From Candidatus Izemoplasma sp. (GTDB taxonomy: Bacteria > Bacillota_I > Bacilli_A > Izemoplasmatales > Izemoplasmataceae), in the NCBI GenBank assembly GCA_045046715.1, contig JASFZA010000007.1:14945-78944 (forward strand): a stretch of DNA of 64,000 bases, read 5' to 3'. Within the stretch, counting starts at the first letter, position 1. Each line of letters begins with the position of its first letter. The notes under the pieces are model-generated. The model was not told the origin of the DNA, searched no databases, and saw nothing but the letters and a program-made list of their open reading frames with translations. A program made the translations under genes and the position numbers. Shown one piece after another: positions 31,112 through 39,463 of the stretch.

Positions 31112-32799
31112 GAATCTTCCTCTTTAGCAGCTTGAATTCCGGCTTTGGATCTCATGTAGTATAAAGCTTTGATGTATTTATCTTCAAATGCAAGTTGATG
31201 TATATGCGCGATATATTCTTCTTTGGCGTTAGAATCAAAAAATAAGTTTAATGATTGGCCTTGATCGATATATTTTTGTCTAGATGAAGCCATAGCTAAA
31301 ATAGCTTCTTGGGGGATTTCAAAAGCAGTTAATCCTAATCTCTTTTCCTCATCACTAAAACCTTCAATGCCTTGAATAGATCCATTATCATTGATAATTG
31401 CATTAATAGTCTTTTTATTATACATTCCTTTAGATTTTAAGAGATTTAAGCACCATGGGTTGATTCTTCTAATTTCTCCAGCAGGGCCGGTTTGATTAAA
31501 CACATTTTCACAAAAAGGTTCTGTTGATGGGCTAACACCGCCACATAATAATGCACTCGATGAATTAGGAGCAATCGCACATCGATGGGTATTTCTTAAT
31601 CCAAATCCTCTACACCATTCAGGCTCTCCAAGAAGTTCTGCTAAGTATTTAGAAGCTCTTAAAGATTCCTCGTCTAATTGTTGGTATAAATGAGTATTGA
31701 ATGAAAATGAATTGAAAGATTCATAAGGCCATTCTTTTTGTTGTAAATAACTATGGAACCCTAAGGTCCCTAATCCTAATGCTCGACCTTTTTCGGTAAA
31801 TCTAACGGCTTTCTCTAAACCTTTAATTTGACTACCCATTTCAATAAATTCTGAGGCTACACAATCAAGAAAAATCGTTGAATCAAATATTGCATCTGTG
31901 CCTTCCCATTCATCAAATTTAGCTATATTCATCGAACTTAAAACACAAGTAAAAGTATGGTCTGAATCAGAATGCAGCATAATTTCTGAACAAAGATTAG
32001 AAGCTTTAACTTTTAATCCATTTTCTGTGTACATCGGCGGATTCGCTCGATTTGCCCGATCTATAAAGACAAAATATCCTTTACCTGTTAAGCATTTGAC
32101 TTTTAAAGCTCTAGCGTATCTAATATGAGCATCTTCGTCATTATTATTTAATCTTTCTATAAAATCGTCTGAGATATTCCATCCAATATTTAATCCATCT
32201 GGCTCGGCGGCAACTAAATCTGCTAATTCGAAGAAATCTCCATGATCAATATCTAAATAGCCTGCCCATGCGCCTCTTCTTGTATTGCCTTGTGATACAT
32301 GTTCTGAAAGCTGAATGTAATCTTTAACAACTTGGATAACGCCGCTAGCGGTGCCTCCTATTGATATAGAAGAGCCTCTAGGTCTTATATCTCCTAAATA
32401 ACTTGAAGTACCAAAGCCATATTTAGTTAGCATTGCAGTTTCTAATTCTGAATCGTAAAAATCATATATGGAATCCCCGATATAATTACCTGAACATGAA
32501 ACTGGACAACCTCTATTAGTTCCCATATTTGACATTACTGGACTTGAAGGGGCTAACCAACCTTTCCACATTAAATCAAAGAATTTAACTCTATATTCAT
32601 TCGCCATATTGCTAGGTAAATGCTTGGCTGCTGCATTAGATATTCTATGGAACGCTTGTTTAACAGTTTCATCTTTGTTTTGGTATTTTTCCAGGTACAT
32701 TTGATAACCTCCTGTTGTGTACCATTCTGGGATAGATCCTATTGCTATTCCTTGCTTTCGTTCCCTTGAAATTCTTTCTAATATATTTTCTTCTTTCAT
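31090..32799 (-). CDS. nrdA: ribonucleotide reductase large subunit (class I, no ATP cone)
   Basis: ASNLCSEI active-site motif, APNSSSALL, C-terminal CLACQG cysteine pair. Confidence 0.85.
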   Translation of the reverse strand: MKEENILERISRERKQGIAIGSIPEWYTTGGYQMYLEKYQNKDETVKQAFHRISNAAAKHLPSNMANEYRVKFFDLMWKGWLAPSSPVMSNMGTNRGCPVSCSGNYIGDSIYDFYDSELETAMLTKYGFGTSSYLGDIRPRGSSISIGGTASGVIQVVKDYIQLSEHVSQGNTRRGAWAGYLDIDHGDFFELADLVAAEPDGLNIGWNISDDFIERLNNNDEDAHIRYARALKVKCLTGKGYFVFIDRANRANPPMYTENGLKVKASNLCSEIMLHSDSDHTFTCVLSSMNIAKFDEWEGTDAIFDSTIFLDCVASEFIEMGSQIKGLEKAVRFTEKGRALGLGTLGFHSYLQQKEWPYESFNSFSFNTHLYQQLDEESLRASKYLAELLGEPEWCRGFGLRNTHRCAIAPNSSSALLCGGVSPSTEPFCENVFNQTGPAGEIRRINPWCLNLLKSKGMYNKKTINAIINDNGSIQGIEGFSDEEKRLGLTAFEIPQEAILAMASSRQKYIDQGQSLNLFFDSNAKEEYIAHIHQLAFEDKYIKALYYMRSKAGIQAAKEEDSCLACQG

Positions 32800-33540
32800 A
32801 TTTGCTCTTGTATTCTTCTTCTTTTAAATGTTAATCTTCCAGGTTCAAACCCTTCAGGACGTATTTGTAATCTTTTACTTATTATGCCGTTGTTCCACCA
32901 TTTTAATTTAGCCATCTTTTTTCTTTGGGCTTCTCTCTGCTTTTCAGATATAATTTTCCCTTTATGAATTTTTGACATTAAATTTTTAGATTTTTGAGTA
33001 TGTTTTCTTCCTTGAAAAGCATTCCCGTTTTTAGCATTCAGTTCTTTGGCTTTAATTGACATTAAATTTTTAGATTTTTGAGTATGTTTTCTTCCTTGAA
33101 AAGCATTTCCGTTTTTAGCATTCCACTCTCGGATCTTTTTCTTTTGTCTCTTCTTCCACTCTAATGTACACCGCTTTTTTGGCAGATACAGCCATCTTTT
33201 TTCTAGTTTCTTTAGTAACGTTTCTATTAGACATCCAAATACGATGTTTATTCTTAGCATTTTCATAGACTCTACTTGTTACTTTATATCTGTTACCTCT
33301 TGAATCTTTGGTATAACACATTATAGCAAAGGCTATTTGGATTTTATCTATGTTCGGGTATATCTTAGATAATAAATGATGACATATAAAGTGGGCCTTA
33401 ACTGGTAATATTACTATATTATTTTTGGCCTCGCCTCCACCTATGCATCTAGGAATTATATGGTGCCTTTCATGACCTATTCTATTACTATTTTTCTTAT
33501 TGTTTTGTATAATTCTGGCATAAACCTTTTTATAATTCAT
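32796..33540 (-). pseudogene. HNH-NUMOD homing endonuclease between nrdA and nrdB, split by a frameshift in an A7 run
   Basis: ORF 33115..33540 has GHERHHIIPRCIGGGEAKNNIVILPVKAHFICHH (HNH). ORF 32796..33266 carries NUMOD3-like repeats (NGNAFQGRKHTQKSKNLMS x2). The frames join if one A is removed from CCAAAAAAGCGG near 33175-33190. Confidence 0.7.
32974..33122. repeat. 84-bp-period tandem duplication (two about 65-bp near-identical cores, 1 mismatch)
   Basis: GACATTAAATTTTTAGATTTTTGAGTATGTTTTCTTCCTTGAAAAGCATT(C/T)CCGTTTTTAGCATTC at 32974 and 33058. Confidence 0.9.
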
Positions 33541-33589
33541 AATTTCTCTAAAGTATTTAATATTTATACTTTAGAGGATTAGGTTATGC

Positions 33590-34645
33590 TTATAAGGGTT
33601 TATGTTTCCAGGTAAAAGCCGATTCACTCCAATTCCTAGAATATTCCCTACCTGTTGAAGTAAAAAAATCGTTTAATTGGTACGCGTTAATACCTTCGTA
33701 GAACCATTCTGCTATAGGATTATAAGTTACCATGAACATAGCGGGTATTCCTAATTGTTTTAAGCAAATATTTAATCTAGATTCTACAAAATGCTTTAAT
33801 TGAATATCTGTGATTCCTTCGATAGGGCCTTTAGAAAAGATTGTATCGATTATATGGCATTCATGCTCATATATTTTCATAGCAGCTTCTTTTATTTTTT
33901 CTTCTAATTCTGCATATTGGTAAGTTGAAGGGTCTACATATCCTGCTTTATCTAATAAAGAAGCTTCTTTCCATTGTAGTTTTAATGCAGCAACTTCTTC
34001 GTTCTTTCTAATATTATAGCACAGGGCCCCACCTATACAATGAATGTTTTCATCTCTAACAGAAAAATTGATGCCTCTAACGACATTCATTAATTTGTTT
34101 TTACCTTTAGATTGGAAATGTTTGAAGAAGGCGAACGCAGAATATAATACGGCGCCTTCGATCATAGAGAAAACAGCTAATGATAATAAATCATCTTTAG
34201 AACTAACCATTTTATCTAAGAAGTCCATTCGATCTACTAAGACAGAGTCTTCTGTATATGAATTGTAGAATTCTTCGGTATTTAGGTGTAACGCTTCATT
34301 TAATTGATTATAGAATGGAGCATGCACATTTATTTCAAAGAATGAGAAACAGTTGGCCATCATTTGTATACAAGGTTTAGGGAACATTTTCATGACTCTA
34401 TTTCCCCAATACTCGTTTCCTATGAATATTTCGTATTTGACAAACATTTTTAGTAAGAAGGTTGTTCCAAATCTTTCAGGAGGTTCCATATTTACCATCA
34501 TGTCTTGGATATCTTTTTCGACCTTAATCTCTTCAGGCGGCCAAAAAACGCCTCTTTGTAATTTAGCTAGTGCTGCCGCTTCTGGGTATTCGTATATGTA
34601 TGCGTCTTGTGGTATTTGGCAATTAACCGGGGTTTTTAATTTCAT
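33590..34645 (-). CDS. nrdB: ribonucleotide reductase small subunit
   Basis: Di-iron ligand context (FFEINVHAPFY, MIEGAVLYSAFAFF, RDENIHC); 351 aa. Confidence 0.85.
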   Translation of the reverse strand: MKLKTPVNCQIPQDAYIYEYPEAAALAKLQRGVFWPPEEIKVEKDIQDMMVNMEPPERFGTTFLLKMFVKYEIFIGNEYWGNRVMKMFPKPCIQMMANCFSFFEINVHAPFYNQLNEALHLNTEEFYNSYTEDSVLVDRMDFLDKMVSSKDDLLSLAVFSMIEGAVLYSAFAFFKHFQSKGKNKLMNVVRGINFSVRDENIHCIGGALCYNIRKNEEVAALKLQWKEASLLDKAGYVDPSTYQYAELEEKIKEAAMKIYEHECHIIDTIFSKGPIEGITDIQLKHFVESRLNICLKQLGIPAMFMVTYNPIAEWFYEGINAYQLNDFFTSTGREYSRNWSESAFTWKHKPL

Positions 34646-34648
34646 GTA

Positions 34649-35674
34649 TTATCTGTTCCATTTTGCTAGTTCGAGTTGGGCTTTGAATCCGACAAATGTA
34701 TATTTGGTATACAATTGTTCAGCATCAATACCTTGTAAAACTAAATCGTTAGTGTCTAAGCCAGAATATTTTTTAGGTAATATTACTATTGACTCGCCTT
34801 GTTTTATAAGTTTTTTATAAATTATTTTTATTTGTTGATTTCTTGTATCTGGGTCTAAGACATATACTCTATTTGGAAATAAAGTTAGATCTAGGGTTTT
34901 GCCTGCACCGCATAACGCTATAGAATTGCTTAAAAAAAGTGAATCTATCGGGCCTTCTAATATCCAGACCTTCTTTTCTAAATCTACAAAGTTTTGGCCA
35001 AAAATAGGCGGATTTCTTTCTTTATTAAAAGCTATGGTAATGTATCTAAAGGCTTTATCTTTACAAGTAAGACTTCTTCCTTGATAACCAATCATTTTTC
35101 CTTCAGAAGTAATTAATGGGAATACAATATATTTGTTTCCAAATTCTTCATTGTTGGCAAATTTACCAGGAATCAATTTATTAGTGATTTCTTTAAATCT
35201 TTCAGTATAAAATATATGCTCAAAATATTTATCGGGAATCTTCCTGGTTTTTAAATAATTTAGAGCTATTTGTGAACTATTTACGCTATCAAATATCGTA
35301 GCTGGATCTAAATACTTTTTAGTTTTTTCTAATCTCTTTTTAGATTCTTCTAATTTAGATTTATTGTATTTAATAGGCTCTTTTTTAGATTCTCTTGAAT
35401 TGCCCCTGGTTATCTCTAATAAATATTCTGAATATAAAGAATTTACATGTTTCTTTAAAAATTTTAACAAAGTAGAATCAGTTTCATTACAGTTATGGCA
35501 TTTGTATTTCATTATGCCTTTGACCGTATAAAACCAGCCTCTAGTTTTGTTAGGATCTTTTTTTGAATCACCACACTTAGGACATCTAAAATTAAAATGA
35601 CCCGGTTTAGTTTCTTTAAATTTAAGCAAATAAGGTGAGGACAGCCTCGCATATTTATTATCTAGATAGTTCAT
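34649..35674 (-). CDS. gp61: DNA primase (T4 gp61-like)
   Basis: Zinc ribbon FRCPKCGDS...KCHNCN and TOPRIM ILEGPIDSLFL; 341 aa. Confidence 0.85.
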   Translation of the reverse strand: MNYLDNKYARLSSPYLLKFKETKPGHFNFRCPKCGDSKKDPNKTRGWFYTVKGIMKYKCHNCNETDSTLLKFLKKHVNSLYSEYLLEITRGNSRESKKEPIKYNKSKLEESKKRLEKTKKYLDPATIFDSVNSSQIALNYLKTRKIPDKYFEHIFYTERFKEITNKLIPGKFANNEEFGNKYIVFPLITSEGKMIGYQGRSLTCKDKAFRYITIAFNKERNPPIFGQNFVDLEKKVWILEGPIDSLFLSNSIALCGAGKTLDLTLFPNRVYVLDPDTRNQQIKIIYKKLIKQGESIVILPKKYSGLDTNDLVLQGIDAEQLYTKYTFVGFKAQLELAKWNR

Positions 35675-35692
35675 TAATTAGTACATTATTTT

Positions 35693-36073
35693 ATGAAATT
35701 TACAAAAAGATTAAACGCAAACAACTTTCCAATATATGCCATACAACATTGGCTGGAAACCGAAAACGTAACCGTCAAAGAACTTAATAAAGATTTAAAG
35801 ATCTTTTCCTACATCGGGAAATCTTTAAAAAAGTATTATAACACAGGTAACCTTAATATCAGAATAGTTTTGAATCAAATAACACAATTAAACAATGTTT
35901 TTGGCCATTTGCCTAGTGCAAGATTATTATTCTTCTATTACGACATTAGTTACCATAATTCTATTAAAACTTTGTTAGCGCATTTAGGAACATTACCTAA
36001 GAAAATACCTGAAACAGATATTCCTGCTTTAGTAGATGATGCTAACATGATTAAACTGTTAAGAGAACTTTAA
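35693..36073 (+). CDS. hypothetical protein (126 aa)
   Basis: First gene of a plus-strand two-gene cassette inside the minus-strand replication module. Confidence 0.6.
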   Translation: MKFTKRLNANNFPIYAIQHWLETENVTVKELNKDLKIFSYIGKSLKKYYNTGNLNIRIVLNQITQLNNVFGHLPSARLLFFYYDISYHNSIKTLLAHLGTLPKKIPETDIPALVDDANMIKLLREL

Positions 36074-36594
36074 TGCCATCAATGAATAGAGGCCTTGCGG
36101 TAGTTTTTACCATTTCTTTTATCAAATGGCTTAATAAACCTTTTGAAGAATGGCCATCATTTGAATCTGGACTAATAAATCGAGATGGAAAGGTTCTTCG
36201 TAAAGCAGAAAATGCTGCTGAAAGAAAAATGATGGGACCTTTCTCAAATTTGATTAGAAACTTAAAAAGACTTTTATTAAAAATTCCTGGAGGTAGATCT
36301 AAATTTGCTACGGCATTAACTACTATAGCTCTATTAAAAGAATCTCATGAGATCAATGAACCTTTAATGTTAGAGCGTTTAGAACAAATGTTTAACATAG
36401 ATTCAGAGTATAAAAATGAACCTCTATTTGCAGAATTTAATAATGAATCTTTTTTATTATTTGATACCATTTATAATGAAATCGTAGGTAAAGTTTCAAT
36501 TAAAGTAGTTCCTAAAAAAGTAGAACATATACAATTAGGAAGGCACCAGATATTAAAAATCACGGATACCTTAAATAACACCTACTTTATTTAA
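36073..36594 (+). CDS. hypothetical protein (173 aa)
   Basis: TAATG overlap with the upstream gene. Confidence 0.6.
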   Translation: MPSMNRGLAVVFTISFIKWLNKPFEEWPSFESGLINRDGKVLRKAENAAERKMMGPFSNLIRNLKRLLLKIPGGRSKFATALTTIALLKESHEINEPLMLERLEQMFNIDSEYKNEPLFAEFNNESFLLFDTIYNEIVGKVSIKVVPKKVEHIQLGRHQILKITDTLNNTYFI

Positions 36595-36744
36595 CATATA
36601 TAACCTGCTTTTAATTATTTTGATAGCAGTTGTTTTAGCTACCTGCATACTGCTAAAATGCCTGCTATCTAGTTTAACCACTTGGCCAGATGGAATATGT
36701 TCTACTTTAACGGCCCAGTGATATGGTGGTCTTGATCCTACCAT
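36571..36744 (-). CDS. 57-aa ORF directly after the helicase stop
   Basis: Hand-translated (MVGSRPPYHWAVKVEHIPSGQVVKLDSRHF...); TAA-ATG junction with gp41; convergent 24-nt overlap with the plus-strand ORF. Confidence 0.3.
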   Translation of the reverse strand: MVGSRPPYHWAVKVEHIPSGQVVKLDSRHFSSMQVAKTTAIKIIKSRLYMLNKVGVI

Positions 36745-38130
36745 TTAAAATACGAAATCATCAGTTTTAAGTTTGGTGGTTTCATTCCAAGTAATAGCGT
36801 CTTCTTTCTTAGGTTTTTTAGTGGCTTCAGTATCTGTCCAATCATTGTCAACATCGTGGAGCATCATTTTAGATTTTTGAACGCCTATTTTTAAATATGG
36901 GTTAACATGAATATCTCCAAATCTATTTTTGATTTGTTTAAACACTAAAAGATTTTTATTGTTACATTCTTCATCATCAATAATTGCAAACATAACATCA
37001 GCAGTTGCTGGCAATCCATACGATTCTGATACATCATCTAAATCGATTTTCATCCCTGCTTTGACTCCTTGCCTCCCTGATTGGGTTCCTGTTAAGATAG
37101 CTACATCGTATTCCATAGCAATTGATCTTAATTCTTCAGCGATGCCTTTAATAATCGTATAACTATTGTGACGACCCGCATCATATCTAGAAGATGCACA
37201 AATATTTAGATAATCAATACAAATAAGATCTGGTTTGAATTTTTGTTTAGCCGCTAATTCTTTTAATAAAAATCTAAAATGGCCTGCATGAGCAGATGTT
37301 GGAGGATACTCTTGAACAAATAATCTCCCAGTTAAATTTTTCTTAACTTGATTAATTCGATTAACATAAGTTGCTCTGGGGATTTTTTTGATATCATCTA
37401 AAGGAGTATTAATTAAATTAGCATCTGTTCTTCGTAAGATTTCTCTTTCAGCTAATTCTAAAGTAATGTACAGGACATTATAGCCCATTGTCTGGGCTGC
37501 TGCTGAAATATGGCACATAGTCCCGGACTTAAAACCTCCTGTTTTATTCGACATAAGAACGCTAAGAGTTTTCTTTCTAAATCCGCCTTTTAAAACTTTA
37601 TTAAGAATATCAATATCTGTTTCTACTATAGATTCTACCGAATGGTAAAAATCATATTGCTCTTCTGGATTTCGCCCGTATTCTATACCGATACTATTAT
37701 CAAAACTAATATTTAAAGCTTCCGTCATTAAGTCTGGGATTTCGCTTCGTCTGGTTTTATCATCTCCTTGCATAATATCAACGCCAGTAGAAAAGGCTAT
37801 GAAAACTGCTTGTTCCTTAGCCCATTTTTCTGTTTGTTGAAATCTCCATAATGGTTCGACGTCTGGGATTTCTTTCATATAATTAAGTGTTAATTGCACC
37901 ACATCCCAAGTATCATCTGCCATTGTAGGAGAAGCTTCTATATCAATAAAAAGAGAATCTACACTGGGCGCTTTATTATACTTTTTATTAAATGCATCGA
38001 TAGCTTTAAATATTTCTTTATCGCCAGCATCTTCAAAATATTCCGGTTTGATGTGTGGCATGGTTGAGATAAAAAATGGTTCATCTTGTATTAAGCTTGC
38101 TAATATAAGTCTTTCAATGCATTCTGCCAT
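36745..38130 (-). CDS. gp41: replicative DNA helicase (T4 gp41 / DnaB family)
   Basis: DnaB-like N-terminal domain and RecA-type core (SNKTGGFKSG, LICIDYLN); 461 aa; synteny with uvsX and gp61. Confidence 0.85.
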   Translation of the reverse strand: MAECIERLILASLIQDEPFFISTMPHIKPEYFEDAGDKEIFKAIDAFNKKYNKAPSVDSLFIDIEASPTMADDTWDVVQLTLNYMKEIPDVEPLWRFQQTEKWAKEQAVFIAFSTGVDIMQGDDKTRRSEIPDLMTEALNISFDNSIGIEYGRNPEEQYDFYHSVESIVETDIDILNKVLKGGFRKKTLSVLMSNKTGGFKSGTMCHISAAAQTMGYNVLYITLELAEREILRRTDANLINTPLDDIKKIPRATYVNRINQVKKNLTGRLFVQEYPPTSAHAGHFRFLLKELAAKQKFKPDLICIDYLNICASSRYDAGRHNSYTIIKGIAEELRSIAMEYDVAILTGTQSGRQGVKAGMKIDLDDVSESYGLPATADVMFAIIDDEECNNKNLLVFKQIKNRFGDIHVNPYLKIGVQKSKMMLHDVDNDWTDTEATKKPKKEDAITWNETTKLKTDDFVF

Positions 38131-38131
38131 A

Positions 38132-38398
38132 TTATTTTAATTCCTTCAATTGTTTTTCATAAGTATCCAAGCAGCAATTGAATATTTGCTCTTGGAAGTT
38201 TGTAAGTACTTCTTCACTATAAGTATTTGTAATTTGTTTAGAAAATGAAACTTCTAGTAATGGCGGATTAGCGCCAGGTTCTAAGCGTTCGATGAGTGCC
38301 GATATCGGCACTCCTAATTCTAAACATACAAAATTAATACACAATTGGCCATCTGCAACAGCCATATCGTATTTAGGTATCTTAGGTTTAGTCGACAT
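38132..38398 (-). CDS. hypothetical protein (88 aa)
   Basis: ORF between uvsX and gp41. Confidence 0.5.
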   Translation of the reverse strand: MSTKPKIPKYDMAVADGQLCINFVCLELGVPISALIERLEPGANPPLLEVSFSKQITNTYSEEVLTNFQEQIFNCCLDTYEKQLKELK

Positions 38399-39455
38399 CT
38401 ACAGATTCCTCCACAGCCAACAGATCTATATCTGGAGATCCATATTGAAAATTAGTATTGACAAATTCTTCGATTTTAGCCATTACATCTTCGTTAAAGT
38501 ATCTTTCAGGATCTTTCATTATAGCGGTAGCAAATTTTTTCTTTTCTTTACCATCTTTGCTATCAATAACTAAAAGCATTTTGCCTTCTTTCTTAAATAC
38601 ACCTGCTGCAATTGCAAATGTATCCATATAATGCCATCTATCTAAGCCTGTATCATAATTTAGCAAAATTTCAATTTGCTGTTCTTCTTTACTTAGTCTT
38701 GATTTAGCTGTTTTAGCTCTGATTAAAGCTCCAATCACATCTTTGCCAGTTCTAACTTTTGATTTACCAAACACAATAATTGTAGAAGCTGCGTACACCA
38801 TACCAGAACCGCCGGCTTGATTAGTAGCTGGGAATAATCCTATAGAATCATATGTGTGATTGGTTAATAAAATTGGAACATTTTCTTCGGCGGCTGTAAT
38901 TGTTAAAGCTCTAAAAGTAGCTTTTAATAACTTAGCTTTAGTCATATCAACTTTGTTATCACCTTTCTCGACGTCTTCTAATTCTTTAATTGAAGATAAA
39001 TTACCCATTGAATCAAGAATCATTAATAATCTTGGTTCAGATTTATCATCTTGTAATTCGCCGTATTCTTTAATTAATTTAAAAGCTTTTGTTCTAAATT
39101 CTTCAATAGTCGACATACATTTGACTACAATTCGATCCAAAGGTAGATCTCGAGATTCTAACATCTCTTGAGTAATAGCTGCTTCTGTATCAACATAAAT
39201 TACTACGTTCTCAGGATGGGCTTCTAAGTGGTGTTTTACGGCTTGCAATGCAAAATACGTTTTACCGACTCCAGATTTGCCGCTGTAGCCTGTTATTTTA
39301 TTACTAGGGATCCCTTTATAAAGCGATGCTGAAACTAGAGCGTTAAAAGCATATGAACCTGTGTCAATATAGCCTGCAACGTCTCCTAAGCAACCTACGG
39401 TTGCTACTGTGCCAGTTTTAAGCACAGATTTAGATATTTTTTGTAAAAATGTCAT
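38388..39455 (-). CDS. uvsX: UvsX/RecA-family recombinase
   Basis: Walker A YSGKSGVGKT, Walker B MILDSMG; position between gp43 and gp41 as in T4. Confidence 0.8.
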   Translation of the reverse strand: MTFLQKISKSVLKTGTVATVGCLGDVAGYIDTGSYAFNALVSASLYKGIPSNKITGYSGKSGVGKTYFALQAVKHHLEAHPENVVIYVDTEAAITQEMLESRDLPLDRIVVKCMSTIEEFRTKAFKLIKEYGELQDDKSEPRLLMILDSMGNLSSIKELEDVEKGDNKVDMTKAKLLKATFRALTITAAEENVPILLTNHTYDSIGLFPATNQAGGSGMVYAASTIIVFGKSKVRTGKDVIGALIRAKTAKSRLSKEEQQIEILLNYDTGLDRWHYMDTFAIAAGVFKKEGKMLLVIDSKDGKEKKKFATAIMKDPERYFNEDVMAKIEEFVNTNFQYGSPDIDLLAVEESVDVD

Positions 39456-39463
39456 ATTTATTA

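Noticed and set aside
32796-33540. Group I intron carrying the HNH gene within an nrd gene
   Set aside because: Both nrdA (with its C-terminal CLACQG) and nrdB are complete ORFs on either side. The element is intergenic and free-standing, and no intron-like structured flanks were seen.
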